This document shows, in pieces, positions 10,637 to 20,880 of a stretch of 64,000 nucleotides of DNA (position 1 is its first letter; every line of letters begins with the position of its first letter). This stretch comes from Candidatus Binatia bacterium. Its GTDB lineage: Bacteria; Desulfobacterota; Binatia; Bin18. Under the pieces are notes generated by a model. The model did no database searches, was not told where the DNA came from, and was given only the letters and a program-made list of their open reading frames with translations. The translations under genes and the position numbers were made by a program. The stretch covers positions 203,442 through 267,441 of the forward strand of contig OX638322.1 in assembly GCA_951812575.1 (NCBI GenBank). The letters run 5' to 3'.

Positions 10637-11680
10637 ATGCAAGGCAAAGTGATGACCGTTCTCGGCCCGATCGAGCCCGACACTCTGGGGATTACCCTGA
10701 CGCATGAACACCTGCTCATTGATCTCCGGGTGTGGTGTGAAGAACCCGAAGACGAGGAGCAAAAGGCGTTCGTGCGCGCGCCGGTAGAAATGGCGACGCT
10801 CGGCGCCATTCGTCGCGAACCATTCGGCAATCTGGATAACTGCGTCCTGGATGACACGACCCTGGCGATTGAGGAATTGCGCCGGTTTAAGACCGCCGGT
10901 GGCGGCAGCGTGGTGGACTGTACGAATAATGGCCTCGGACGCACACCGCTGGCCTTAGTAGAAATTGCCCAGGCGACCGAGATCAGTATCGTTATGGGTT
11001 CCGGTTATTACATCGGCCGCTCCCATCCTTATGATATGGTGGATCGGTCCGTTGAGATGATCGCCGCTGAGATTGAATCCGATCTCATGCAGGGCGTTGC
11101 CGACACCGGGGTGCGCTCCGGCCTCATCGGCGAGATCGGCACCAGCTTCAAGGTGCGCGAGAACGAACAGAAGGTCTTGCGCGCCGCCGCCCGCGCCCAG
11201 CGGCGAACCGGAGCGCCGATCAGCGTCCATCTGCTGCCGTGGCAGAAAAACGGGATCGAAGTCCTTGATATTCTTGAAGGCGAAGGTGCAAATCCGCATC
11301 AGGTCATATTGTGTCATCTCAGCCCGACGAGCGACGACCTGGAATATCATACGACTCTGGCCAAACGCGGCGCTTACGTCGAGTACGACTTCTTTGGCAT
11401 GGAATACTACGTGGACAGCGTTGGTCGCTACACGGGCTCGGATGCCGAGAGTGTTGTCGGGCTGAAACGCCTGATCGACGAAGACTGTTTGGAGCGGCTG
11501 CTCCTGTCCCACGATATTGCGATGAAGGTCCAACTCACCCGCTACGGCGGCTGGGGTTACGCCCACCTGGTCAAGAACGTGGTGCCCATGCTGAGTCGCA
11601 GCGGACTCAGCGCCGAACAGATCGACACCTTGATCGTGGAGAATCCCAGGCGCGTGCTGACCTGGGGCGCGCCGGTATAA
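10637..11680 (+). CDS. Phosphotriesterase-related amidohydrolase
   Basis: VMTVLGPI, TLTHEHL, GLIGEIG, LLSHD. Confidence 0.9.
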   Translation: MQGKVMTVLGPIEPDTLGITLTHEHLLIDLRVWCEEPEDEEQKAFVRAPVEMATLGAIRREPFGNLDNCVLDDTTLAIEELRRFKTAGGGSVVDCTNNGLGRTPLALVEIAQATEISIVMGSGYYIGRSHPYDMVDRSVEMIAAEIESDLMQGVADTGVRSGLIGEIGTSFKVRENEQKVLRAAARAQRRTGAPISVHLLPWQKNGIEVLDILEGEGANPHQVILCHLSPTSDDLEYHTTLAKRGAYVEYDFFGMEYYVDSVGRYTGSDAESVVGLKRLIDEDCLERLLLSHDIAMKVQLTRYGGWGYAHLVKNVVPMLSRSGLSAEQIDTLIVENPRRVLTWGAPV

Positions 11681-11717
11681 GCCCGAGCAGGCCTGGGTCT
11701 AACAAAGGAGGCAAAAG

Positions 11718-12488
11718 ATGGCTGGTAGACTGACGGATAAAATTGCTCTTGTGACCGGCGGCGCTTCAGGGATTGGGCGGGCGACGGTCCTCCGCTTTGC
11801 CGAAGAAGGGGCCGCGGTCATGGCCGCCGACCGGAACCCGGGCGGTCTGGAGCAGACCAAAGGCCTGGCGCAGAAAATCAGCCCGGATATCGAGACCGTG
11901 ACCGTAGACGTATCCAAGCTGGACCAGGTCACGCATATGGTTGACACTACGGTTGAGCGTTTCGGTCGCCTGGACGTCCTGGTCAACGCGGCCGGGGTCC
12001 TGATTCTGACGCCGCCGCTGGCGGAAGTGGACGAACGACTCTGGGATCTGATGATGTCAACCAACCTCAAAGGGCTCTTCTTTTGCTGCAAAGCCGCCAT
12101 CCCGGCCATGTTGCAAAACGGCGGCGGCTCCATCGTCAACATTGCCTCCATGGCCGGTGTCCAGGCCTACAGCCAGTCTCTACCCTATGCGGTCAGTAAG
12201 GCCGGCATCATCCATCTCAACTCGGTGGCCGCCAGCCAATACACCTCTCAGGGTATTCGGCTGAACTGCATTGCCCCTGGTTTTGTGGACACTCCGCAGG
12301 CGCGCGGTAGCACCCAGAGTACGGAAGCCATAGAGAAAGCGGCCCGCTATCATCCCCTGGGCCGCATTGGTCGGCCCGAGGAGATTGCGAACACGATTCT
12401 CTTTCTGGCATCGGACGAGTCTTCCTACATCAGCGGCTCGACCTTTATTGTGGACGGAGGCTCGTGGTCGGTTGCCAGTCGGCTCTAA
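11718..12488 (+). CDS. SDR family oxidoreductase
   Basis: TGGASGIG, YAVSK. Confidence 0.9.
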   Translation: MAGRLTDKIALVTGGASGIGRATVLRFAEEGAAVMAADRNPGGLEQTKGLAQKISPDIETVTVDVSKLDQVTHMVDTTVERFGRLDVLVNAAGVLILTPPLAEVDERLWDLMMSTNLKGLFFCCKAAIPAMLQNGGGSIVNIASMAGVQAYSQSLPYAVSKAGIIHLNSVAASQYTSQGIRLNCIAPGFVDTPQARGSTQSTEAIEKAARYHPLGRIGRPEEIANTILFLASDESSYISGSTFIVDGGSWSVASRL

Positions 12489-12497
12489 GGGGGGAGT

Positions 12498-12734
12498 ATG
12501 GAAAAGCTCATCGAGATTACCAATAAGGCCGTGGCGGATTACGGCTTTCGGCAGATCGTCCAGTGGAGCCCCGAAGATATCGTTGCCCAGTGGCAGCTCT
12601 CAACCCGCGAGGCCGAAATTCTCACCAGTGTTGTCAAAGACGAACTGGACCGCTTGCCCATCCCGGTCGAACCCCCGGACGTGCCACAAGAACAGGAGCG
12701 TGTGGCCGGTATCATCCGGCAGACGTTGGGTTAG
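12498..12734 (+). CDS. Small hypothetical protein (possible NHLP-leader/LigA-like helical fold)
   Basis: GGGGGAG RBS 9 nt after the SDR stop; KAVADYGFRQ...PEDI....LS..E pattern. Confidence 0.65.
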   Translation: MEKLIEITNKAVADYGFRQIVQWSPEDIVAQWQLSTREAEILTSVVKDELDRLPIPVEPPDVPQEQERVAGIIRQTLG

Positions 12735-14467
12735 GGCCTTTGGGTCTTGGTCGAACCGCTCCGGACCGGCAGCCTGAGGCGGGACGGACAGGCCGGCGTA
12801 TGCCAGACACTGTTCGTCGCAATCCGGGGCTGGGCCAGGTCGGCGAGCCGGCCGAACCGGTTCAGGCTACGGGCAAACCAGGGAAAATCACTACTGGTTA
12901 TACTGACCCGAATACGGTGGCCGGGTAAAAAGACATAGTGGGTAGGCCAGAGTTCCACCGCAAACCGTGTCACCGCTCCGGGGACGAGCGGCGTGGGCCG
13001 TTGCAGCGACTCTCGGTACGAAGCGCGCAGACACCCCTGGCTGACCTTCATCGAGCGGCCGTCGGGATACACATCGGTCAGCTTGACGTGCCACTCCGTG
13101 TCGTCGCAATCGCTTACAGCGAACAGCTCGATATGCGGCCAGCCCGAAACGACCACTTCTTCCGTCAAGATATCGCTGGTGTAGCAGATGACATCGGGCC
13201 GGGCCTCAACCGGGTCCTGGCTGAGCGGAATATCCTCAAGCGGGTATTGCTTGACGTCCATCTGGGTTGGAGCCGGGTCGTTCGGGTCATAGCGATAAGT
13301 GTGCGCAGGTTCATCAGAAGAGGGAGACGTGGCAGACAGAGAGCCATGGGTTCCATCGAAGTGCAAATAGAGCGTCTGCTCCGCATCGCTCAGCGGCCAG
13401 CGGTCCGTCTCAAGCCAGACATTCCGTCCGGTTTCAAAAAGACGGACCGGCGGGTCGTGCTGAACATCGTTGTCTATACCTTTGAGCCAGTGATCAAACC
13501 AGCGTAAATGGACCTGATGCATGTCCAGCGCCGCGTCCGACCCGAAGTGCACCCCGGCATACTGGTCGTGCGGCCAGCGGCAGTTGACGTGGCTCCACGG
13601 TCCGACAATCAACTGTTGCCGGCTGCGGGCCGGAGAGGCCTGCATCATATGCTCATAATGATGAAAGGCACCGGTCAGGTCTTCCATATCGAACCAGCCC
13701 GTCACGTGGAGACAGGGCACATCGATCTGATCGTAACGCTCATCAAAACGCAGCGCCTGCCAGTGCGCATCCAGGGTGTCATGCGTCAGCATATCGTTCC
13801 AGGTTTCTCCAACCGGATCGATATACTCGCCAATGGCGGTCAGCGGCAACCGGCACAGGATATCGTCCCAGTCGTGGACTTCAAGCCCGTGGAATTCGGC
13901 AATCCGCCGTCGGACGAGATACACCCACCAGCCAAAATAGAGCTGAAACACGCCCCAGGTGTACGGAATCTCCTGTTGCCAGCGACCGGCCGCAGAGGTG
14001 GAGATCATACAGCGCAGATGCGGCGGACGTTCCGCGGCCGCGGCCCACTGGGTCCAGCCCATATAGCTTAAGCCGGTCGTGCCGACCTTGCCGCTGCACC
14101 AGTCCTGGCGCGCCACCCACTCAATCACGTCATGCGTATCCGGCCCGTCGTGCACAAAGGCCCGCCACTGGCCCTCGGATTTCCCCCGCCCGCGCACGTC
14201 GTGCACAATGACGGCATAGCCCTGTTCCTGGTAAAAGCGCGCCTCGTCCAAAAAGAAAATCGCGGTGCTCTTGTCGTAGGGCGTGGACTGGACGATCGCC
14301 GGCGCGGGCCGGTCGTCCGCGCTCGGCAGGTAGACATCGGCGGCCAACTCGACTCCGTCCCGCATCGGAATACCAGTTTCAAACACAGGCCGGGCTGTCG
14401 CTGCCGCCGCTCGGATGGGCTCCTCAAAATAGCGCTGGCGGGGCGTTTTGGTGGACATCACGGCCAT
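12731..14467 (-). CDS. CocE/NonD family hydrolase
   Basis: IPMRDGVELAADVYLP, DVRGRGKSEG, GLSYMG, GPWSH, PepX-like C-terminal domain. Confidence 0.9.
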   Translation of the reverse strand: MAVMSTKTPRQRYFEEPIRAAAATARPVFETGIPMRDGVELAADVYLPSADDRPAPAIVQSTPYDKSTAIFFLDEARFYQEQGYAVIVHDVRGRGKSEGQWRAFVHDGPDTHDVIEWVARQDWCSGKVGTTGLSYMGWTQWAAAAERPPHLRCMISTSAAGRWQQEIPYTWGVFQLYFGWWVYLVRRRIAEFHGLEVHDWDDILCRLPLTAIGEYIDPVGETWNDMLTHDTLDAHWQALRFDERYDQIDVPCLHVTGWFDMEDLTGAFHHYEHMMQASPARSRQQLIVGPWSHVNCRWPHDQYAGVHFGSDAALDMHQVHLRWFDHWLKGIDNDVQHDPPVRLFETGRNVWLETDRWPLSDAEQTLYLHFDGTHGSLSATSPSSDEPAHTYRYDPNDPAPTQMDVKQYPLEDIPLSQDPVEARPDVICYTSDILTEEVVVSGWPHIELFAVSDCDDTEWHVKLTDVYPDGRSMKVSQGCLRASYRESLQRPTPLVPGAVTRFAVELWPTHYVFLPGHRIRVSITSSDFPWFARSLNRFGRLADLAQPRIATNSVWHTPACPSRLRLPVRSGSTKTQRP

Positions 14468-14492
14468 CTCTCTGGAGCCGATGCAAGCGGCC

Positions 14493-15311
14493 TCAGTCCT
14501 GCTTCTGCGCCTGGACCGTCTCCTCGGCGGTCATGACCACCACGTCGCCCGGCCCGGCGCTGACCTCGCCGCCGTCCACCACATAGGTCATGCTGGTCGC
14601 GAACGTCCCGGCCGGGCTGGCCAGGAATAAGGCCAGACCGGCGATTTCGTTGGGCTCGCCCACCCGTTTCTGCGGGTTGATCGGAGAGCCGCTGGTCTCA
14701 ACCGCCTCGACCAAATCCTTTGCCAGGTCGGTCCGAATCAACCCTGGGGCGATACAGGTCACCCGAATTTTATCGGCCGCCCACTCCTTGCCCAGGAGTT
14801 GGGCCATATTGATGAGGGCCGACTTGGACAGGGCATAGGTTCCGATACCCATGGACGGCCGGACACCCTCATTCGAGGTGATGTTAATCACCGCGCCCCC
14901 GCCGCGCTGGCGCATGGACTCGCGACACAGGCGGGCCAGATGCAGCGGCGACCAGACATTGGTCTTCATCACCCTGAGGAAATCCTCTTCGTTTTCCTCG
15001 GCCAGGGTCACCAGTGAAACACCGGCGGCATTATTGACCAGGATGTCGACGCCGCCGAACTCCTCGATTGTTGCCTGATACAGCTTATCGCAGTCCGCAC
15101 TGATCGACATGTCTGCCTGTACGGTCAAGACGCGGCGACCCGTTGCGGCGACATCCTGTTTGGCTCGCTCCAGAGCCTCCGGTCTGCGCGCGGCCAGCAC
15201 GAGGTCCGCGCCGTGCTCGGCGAAGGCCAGGGCAATCGCCCGGCCGATCCCTTTTGAGCCACCGGTCACGATGGCAACCTTGCCGTCCAAAGAAAAATCA
15301 ACGATACCCAT
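14493..15311 (-). CDS. SDR family oxidoreductase
   Basis: TGGSKGIG, NNAA, YALSK. Confidence 0.9.
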   Translation of the reverse strand: MGIVDFSLDGKVAIVTGGSKGIGRAIALAFAEHGADLVLAARRPEALERAKQDVAATGRRVLTVQADMSISADCDKLYQATIEEFGGVDILVNNAAGVSLVTLAEENEEDFLRVMKTNVWSPLHLARLCRESMRQRGGGAVINITSNEGVRPSMGIGTYALSKSALINMAQLLGKEWAADKIRVTCIAPGLIRTDLAKDLVEAVETSGSPINPQKRVGEPNEIAGLALFLASPAGTFATSMTYVVDGGEVSAGPGDVVVMTAEETVQAQKQD

Positions 15312-15441
15312 ACGCTCCTCCTTTGTGATTATCGCCTGCGTTCCTGTCTCTTACCACGACTGGGAACGAGTGCCAAAACGCTTTTCTCTTGACTCTGACA
15401 CACGACGAAGACTAGCATCCGAGCAGAGCAAAGGGGGCGGT

Positions 15442-16635
15442 ATGAATTTCGAGCTGACGACCCAACACAAGCGCATTCAAGCCCAGTGCCGGGAACTGGC
15501 CACAGACTTTGCCACCAGGGCGGCCGAGCACGACCGCGAGGCAAGCAATCCGGTCGAGAACTATGCCCTGCTGCGTGAGGCCGAATTTCACACGCTCAAC
15601 ATCCCCACCGAGCTGGGCGGCTGGGGAGAACAACTGTTCGGCCACTCACTCGCCCTGGAACAGCTTGCCCAGGGCTGCCCGGCCACGGCGCTGTCCTTCA
15701 ATATGCACCTGGCCTGGATCGGCTATCTGATGGAAAATATCGAGATTGCGTCCGACGTGAAGCAACGCGTGGCAGACTGGGTTGTCAAAGGCAATAATCT
15801 GGTTGCCGGCTCAACGTCCGAGGCGAGCACGTCGGCCCTGCTGGCCTCGTACGCCCCGGCCACCCAGGCGAGACCGGTGGACGGCGGTTATGTCATCAAC
15901 GGCAAGAAGTTCTTTTCGTCCATGGTTGGGGCGGCGGATTTTCGGGCAGTCCCGGCACGCCGTGAGGACGCCACCACCCCCGGCGCGGCGATCGTTTTTC
16001 TGGTCCCGCGGGAGGCTTCAGGCCAGACGGTTGAGGAGGTGTGGGATGTCCTGGGAATGCGCGGCACCCGGAGCGACTGCCTGCTGTTAGAAGACTGCTT
16101 TGTACCCGAGGAATCGGTTGTGTTTGACACCGACAATTTCTTTCCTTCTATTGCCCGCGGGGCAAACTGGTTCTGGGCCTCGTATACGGCGGTCTATTTG
16201 GGCGTAGCCGCGGCGATTTACGCAGAAATCCTGAAGGTCGTTCAGGAACGGGTGCCGAAGGGCTTCACCCAACCCATGGCCTATCATCCCGACGTGCGAC
16301 GAAAAGTTGCCGAAATGAACGCCGACCTCGAATCGGCACGGCTGAACGTCTACCACTCGGCCTGGTTGAGCGATACCGAGGGCCCGACGCAGAACGCCAT
16401 CGCAGCCCTCTATCGGGCCAAATATCTGGTCGGCGAAGCCACGGCGCGCATCGGGCGCAACGCCCTGACCCTCGGCGGTGCGCACACCCTGTTTAAGACT
16501 TCGCCGCTGGAACGTTTATTCCGCGATGGCACGGTCGGTGCCATTCAGTTTCCGCCCAGCGATTTCTGTCTGTCCAGCCTCGGGTCGTTAGAGCTGGGTC
16601 TTGACCCGCACGAGATTCCGCCACCGATGAAGTAG
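15442..16635 (+). CDS. Acyl-CoA dehydrogenase family flavoprotein
   Basis: FATRAAEHDRE, INGKKFFSS, WDVLGMRGTRS, LERLFRD. Confidence 0.85.
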   Translation: MNFELTTQHKRIQAQCRELATDFATRAAEHDREASNPVENYALLREAEFHTLNIPTELGGWGEQLFGHSLALEQLAQGCPATALSFNMHLAWIGYLMENIEIASDVKQRVADWVVKGNNLVAGSTSEASTSALLASYAPATQARPVDGGYVINGKKFFSSMVGAADFRAVPARREDATTPGAAIVFLVPREASGQTVEEVWDVLGMRGTRSDCLLLEDCFVPEESVVFDTDNFFPSIARGANWFWASYTAVYLGVAAAIYAEILKVVQERVPKGFTQPMAYHPDVRRKVAEMNADLESARLNVYHSAWLSDTEGPTQNAIAALYRAKYLVGEATARIGRNALTLGGAHTLFKTSPLERLFRDGTVGAIQFPPSDFCLSSLGSLELGLDPHEIPPPMK

Positions 16636-16648
16636 CCCGGCGGAGCAT

Positions 16649-17050
16649 CTACGACTCCGTTGGTGTTTCCCAGTATTCCTCGAAGAACGGATTGTCGATC
16701 AGCGTGCGCCAGGTGCCGTCGGGCTGGCGGCGCACGACATTGACCGCCCGACCGGAGATAGTTTCTTGCGTGCCGTCAGCTTTCGTACGCTTCATGCTCC
16801 AGGGAATCCAGGACAGGGCGATATCTCCCGCCTGTACAACGTGTCTGACCTCGGTCGAGAGCTCAGGCTGCGCGTCGGTAAACGTGCGCAAGTGTTCGCG
16901 GAGAGCCTGCTCCCCTTGGACCGGAGCCTGTCCCGGTTCGGGTACGAACACCGTGTCCGGCTCGTAGAGCGCCAGCATCGCGTCAATATCGCGGGCGTTC
17001 ATCGCCTCAGGGAAGAGATCTTCTACTTCCTTGGGAGTTCGAGCCGGCAT
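16649..17050 (-). CDS. SnoaL/NTF2-like (YybH/DUF4440) protein
   Basis: AMNARDIDAMLALYE...VVRRQPDGTWRTLIDNP. Confidence 0.8.
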   Translation of the reverse strand: MPARTPKEVEDLFPEAMNARDIDAMLALYEPDTVFVPEPGQAPVQGEQALREHLRTFTDAQPELSTEVRHVVQAGDIALSWIPWSMKRTKADGTQETISGRAVNVVRRQPDGTWRTLIDNPFFEEYWETPTES

Positions 17051-17073
17051 GGGAGTGCTTTCTCCGCGCTGCC

Positions 17074-17436
17074 TTACGGATGTGCCCTGGTTGCTTCAGA
17101 GCGGTCCGCGCGGGTCGGATCGTATTCATCTCCGAGGCTTGCGCCCAGCAGCCGGATGGGACCGGTTGACGGAGTTTCGGCCCAGTGCAGGGTGTTGGCC
17201 GGCAGGTCGAGCCGGTCGCCAGGCTTGAGCACCCACTTCTGGTCGCCAACGCCCATGATGATTTCACCCTGGACGGCAACCAACACCTCATCGTTCGGGT
17301 GGGTATGCGCCTCATAGGAATGGTTGGGTTCGTCGTCTTCTATATAGGCGGCCAACCCCTCGGCCTCCAGAGCACGGACCAGTTCTGACTGGGTCGGCGG
17401 TTCGGGCCTGTTCCAACGGGTTACTTTGAGTTCCAT
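17074..17436 (-). CDS. Cupin domain protein
   Basis: HTHPNDE...LKPGDRLDLPANTLH. Confidence 0.8.
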   Translation of the reverse strand: MELKVTRWNRPEPPTQSELVRALEAEGLAAYIEDDEPNHSYEAHTHPNDEVLVAVQGEIIMGVGDQKWVLKPGDRLDLPANTLHWAETPSTGPIRLLGASLGDEYDPTRADRSEATRAHP

Positions 17437-17533
17437 ATCGTCCCTCCTGCCCATAGTGTTGATACCTGAGATTCCCTGTAGCGCTAAAGGCCGGACGGGT
17501 CAATCAGAAATGAGGAGAAATACTCAGTTTCGA

Positions 17534-17563
17534 TTGACAAGATTGCGCCTCCAGACGGATAAT
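17534..17563 (+). promoter_or_regulatory. Putative sigma70 promoter
   Basis: TTGACA-N18-GATAAT upstream of the amidohydrolase RBS (AAGGAGG). Confidence 0.4.
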
Positions 17564-17617
17564 GCGGGCACAACTGTTCTTTCCATAAGACAGCGCTTTC
17601 CATAAGGAGGGAATCGT

Positions 17618-18742
17618 ATGCAAAAGCACAAAGTTATTTCGTCGGACGATCATATTTTTGAACCGCTCGACCTGTGGACGACGCGGCTGGATAAGAAATT
17701 TCGCGACCGCGCCCCGCGAGTGATCCCGGCTGAGGACGGCGACTGGTGGTATTGCGAGGGCATCAAAGTCCAGACCGCGGCGGCCGCCGCCCAGGCCGGC
17801 CTGCGCTTCGAGGACCCGGACAGACTGAGCTTTCAGGATAAGATAGAGAATGTCCGACCCGGCGCCTATATCCCGGAGGAGCATATCAAGGACATGGATG
17901 CCGATGGCATCGACATGGGGCTGGTGTATCCAACCGTCGGGCTGCAACTCTACCAGCGCATTCAGGACAGCGAGTTGCTGACCGTCCTGTTCCGGGCCTA
18001 TAACGACTGGCTGGCCGAGTTCTGCGACACCTATCCAGATCGTCTGCGGGGTATCGCCATGATCAACCTTGACGATATCCCGTCGGGGATCGAGGAAATG
18101 GAACACTGCGCCAAGCTGGGCCATCGCGGCATTATGATTACCATTCAGCCCTTGGGCGGTATGAGCTACGATAGGCCGGAGTACGAACCCGTGTGGGCCG
18201 CGGCCCAGGACTTGGCCCTGCCCATAAGCCTGCACGTCACCACCAACCGGCCCGACCCGGACGACCCGAGCGCCCTCCTCCTGGACGCGGCCAAGCCGTC
18301 CTTTTTCGTCAACCTGGATCACTGGCCCCGGGTGTGCCTGACCGACATGATTTTCAGCGGCGTCTTTGAACGCTATCCCAAACTCCAGGTCGGTTCGGTC
18401 GAAATGGAACTGTCCTGGGTGCCCCACTTCCTGGACCGTCTGGACTATAACTACACCCAGCGCGCGCGGGAGATTGCCGGGGAACGCTTCAAAGAGGACA
18501 TCATGCCGAGCGAGTTCTTTCATCGCCACGTCTTTTTGAGTTTTCAGGAAGACGGGCTGGGGATTCGCGACCGGGAGATCATTGGCGTAGACAGCCTGTT
18601 GTGGGGTTCCGACTACCCCCATTTCGAATCGACCTTTCCCAAGAGCCAGGAGTTTCTCGGTGACCTGCTCTCCGACTGTACCGAAGAAGAGTGGGCCAAG
18701 ATTGTCGGCGGCAACGCCGCCCGGGTGTATCAACTGGGCTGA
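17618..18742 (+). CDS. Amidohydrolase 2 family protein
   Basis: ISSDDHIFEP, AYNDWLAEFC, LWGSDYPHFESTFP. Confidence 0.9.
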   Translation: MQKHKVISSDDHIFEPLDLWTTRLDKKFRDRAPRVIPAEDGDWWYCEGIKVQTAAAAAQAGLRFEDPDRLSFQDKIENVRPGAYIPEEHIKDMDADGIDMGLVYPTVGLQLYQRIQDSELLTVLFRAYNDWLAEFCDTYPDRLRGIAMINLDDIPSGIEEMEHCAKLGHRGIMITIQPLGGMSYDRPEYEPVWAAAQDLALPISLHVTTNRPDPDDPSALLLDAAKPSFFVNLDHWPRVCLTDMIFSGVFERYPKLQVGSVEMELSWVPHFLDRLDYNYTQRAREIAGERFKEDIMPSEFFHRHVFLSFQEDGLGIRDREIIGVDSLLWGSDYPHFESTFPKSQEFLGDLLSDCTEEEWAKIVGGNAARVYQLG

Positions 18743-18753
18743 GGAGGCTGAGG

Positions 18754-19545
18754 GTGGAACTCAAAGAGAAAATCATCGTCGTCACCGGTGGGGCGAGTGG
18801 CATCGGCAGAGCGCTGTGTCGGCGCTTTACTGCCGAGGGCGCGCGGACGGTCGTGGTGGTGGACCTGAACGCGGCCGGGGCGGCTGAGGTCGCGGCCGAG
18901 ATTGGCTCGGTCGCCATGACGGCCGATGTGTCTAAAGAGGCTGACATAGTGCGGGTGATTGACCACACCGAGCGCGACATCGGCCCGATCGATCTGTTCT
19001 GTTCCAACGCCGGCATTGCCGCGACCGGTGGTGTGGAAACCTCGGACGAGGCCTGGCAGAAGAGCTGGGATGTGAACGTCATGTCGCATATCTATGCGGC
19101 CCGCACGCTGGTGCCGCGCATGATTAACCGGGGTGGAGGCTATCTGCTGAATACCGCCTCGGCCGCGGGCTTACTCAATCAGATCGGCTCGGCCTCCTAT
19201 GGCGTGACCAAACACGCCGCAGTCGGCTTTGGGGAGTGGTTGGCGCTGACGCACGCGCACCAGGGGATTAAGGTTTCGCTGCTGTGTCCCCAAGCGGTCA
19301 GAACGCCCATGCTGGAGAACAACGAGAGCAGCCGCGCGGCGAGCGTCGATGGCCTAATGGAGCCGGAGGAGTTGGCCGAAGTGGTCGTTGAGGGCCTGCG
19401 GGCCGAGCGTTTTCTGATTTTGCCGCATCCCCAGGTCCTGGAATATATGCAACGCAAAACCGGCGACTACGATCGCTGGCTCAGGGGCATGAACCGTTTA
19501 CAGGAACGTCTGGGCACGGCCAAGGAAGAGCAGGGCCTGCCATGA
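18754..19545 (+). CDS. SDR family oxidoreductase
   Basis: TGGASGIG, SNAG, YGVTK; GTG start after GAGGAGG. Confidence 0.9.
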   Translation: MELKEKIIVVTGGASGIGRALCRRFTAEGARTVVVVDLNAAGAAEVAAEIGSVAMTADVSKEADIVRVIDHTERDIGPIDLFCSNAGIAATGGVETSDEAWQKSWDVNVMSHIYAARTLVPRMINRGGGYLLNTASAAGLLNQIGSASYGVTKHAAVGFGEWLALTHAHQGIKVSLLCPQAVRTPMLENNESSRAASVDGLMEPEELAEVVVEGLRAERFLILPHPQVLEYMQRKTGDYDRWLRGMNRLQERLGTAKEEQGLP

Positions 19546-19818
19546 GCTTTGCCCCGAGTGATACCGTATTGGAAATAAGAGAGCGTTATAGTCCAGCAAT
19601 GACTCAACCAAGTGGACGGCGTGCTGCGTGGCACTGTTTATGGCGCGTTCCTTGTTTGCGCTTGCCCACCCGGAATCCCGGAAAGAATATGAGGAAAGTT
19701 CGATGCAGAACACTCTGTCCAGGGAGGCGAGGCCCCAGACCAACGAGACGACGTGGCGCGGACGCAAAACTTGACTCATTTGTTACCCTAGAGTGATTCA
19801 CGATTCTGTGTAGTTCCC

Positions 19819-19888
19819 GTAGGTCGGATGAGCAGAGCGTAATCCGACAGGGGCCGGGCGGGTTACGCCTGCGGCTAAACTGGCCTAC
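19819..19888. repeat. GTAG-type REP doublet (REPIN-like)
   Basis: GTAGGTCGGATGAG..CGTAATCCGAC...GGGTTACGCC..CGGCTAA...CCTAC; related copy at 23527-23599. Confidence 0.7.
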
Positions 19889-20013
19889 TGGGCTATAGCT
19901 TAAACTTATCGTGAAATGCTCTAGCCCCGCGTTCAAGACTGGAAGCGCTCCTTACCTTGGCTTGACCCCGGACAGGGCCGCCGTTATCCTGCGTACCCTA
20001 CCAGGAGATAAAG

Positions 20014-20880
20014 ATGTTCTCAAAGGTTCACGGTTCGCCTCCCCCCTCGTCCCTTCAACACATCTCCTCTACGTCCGTTTCGGCGGGGACGTTCAATGAG
20101 CGCGAAGTCAAGGAAGTAAAGGCGAGCTTGCCCTCTGTGAAGTCTGAAAGTATGCCCCTCACTCTGCCTCCTCAGCGCACCCTCACCGGCTTGGAGACAT
20201 CCAACGGAAACGAAGTCGGGGGGTTGGAGCTGAGCCCGCTGCCGGCTCCGGTGCATCCCGGCGGGCCGAACTCTGTATTGGGTAGGGCCGTAGTGGATAA
20301 GGACTGGGTGGTGGCCGATACCAGGCGCACAGAGATGATGGGAGTGATCGACCGGCTTCTGAAAGAAGGCAAACGCCCAGGGATCGTTCTGATCGACATC
20401 ACGGGCTGGTATGAGAAGCCAGGAACGGATGCAGACGGAGATATGCGGCGCGTCATGGGTCTGCTCGAATATGCGAAGCAGAAAGAGCTTCCGGTTTTTC
20501 ACGTCGAGATAGATCGTGTGAACTGCATGACACCGCCCAACATGCGCGATTACCCGCATTATCATGCAGCGAACAAGACGGGGAGCATCGCGCATTTTTC
20601 TGTTTATCCGACGGTGAGCGAGGCGCTGGAAGCCCGCAAGGTGGGACCACTGATTCTGGCAGGGTCGCGGCGTAGCCAATGCGTTCTGAATACGGCGGTG
20701 GGCGAGCCTGTCCGGCGGGGTGCGCAAGAGATCAAGGAGGGAACCGCGGCGAACGAAAAGCATGATGTTTACGTGGCCGCGATGTATGCAATTGACAGCC
20801 TCGGCGGGTCAAGGGTAAGCATGAAATGCTACGAGCAGCCGCGCGTGACCGTGGTTTCGACACCCCTGGAAGAGCTATGA
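20014..20880 (+). CDS. Isochorismatase/cysteine-hydrolase-like protein with Ser/Pro-rich N-terminal extension
   Basis: AGGAGA RBS; GIVLID, LPVFHVE, NKT, LILAG...QCVLNTA fit a D-K-C triad layout. Confidence 0.6.
   Translation: MFSKVHGSPPPSSLQHISSTSVSAGTFNEREVKEVKASLPSVKSESMPLTLPPQRTLTGLETSNGNEVGGLELSPLPAPVHPGGPNSVLGRAVVDKDWVVADTRRTEMMGVIDRLLKEGKRPGIVLIDITGWYEKPGTDADGDMRRVMGLLEYAKQKELPVFHVEIDRVNCMTPPNMRDYPHYHAANKTGSIAHFSVYPTVSEALEARKVGPLILAGSRRSQCVLNTAVGEPVRRGAQEIKEGTAANEKHDVYVAAMYAIDSLGGSRVSMKCYEQPRVTVVSTPLEEL

Noticed and set aside
19546-19818. Short overlapping ORFs after the SDR
   Set aside because: No RBS or motif support in any frame; possibly a gene relic
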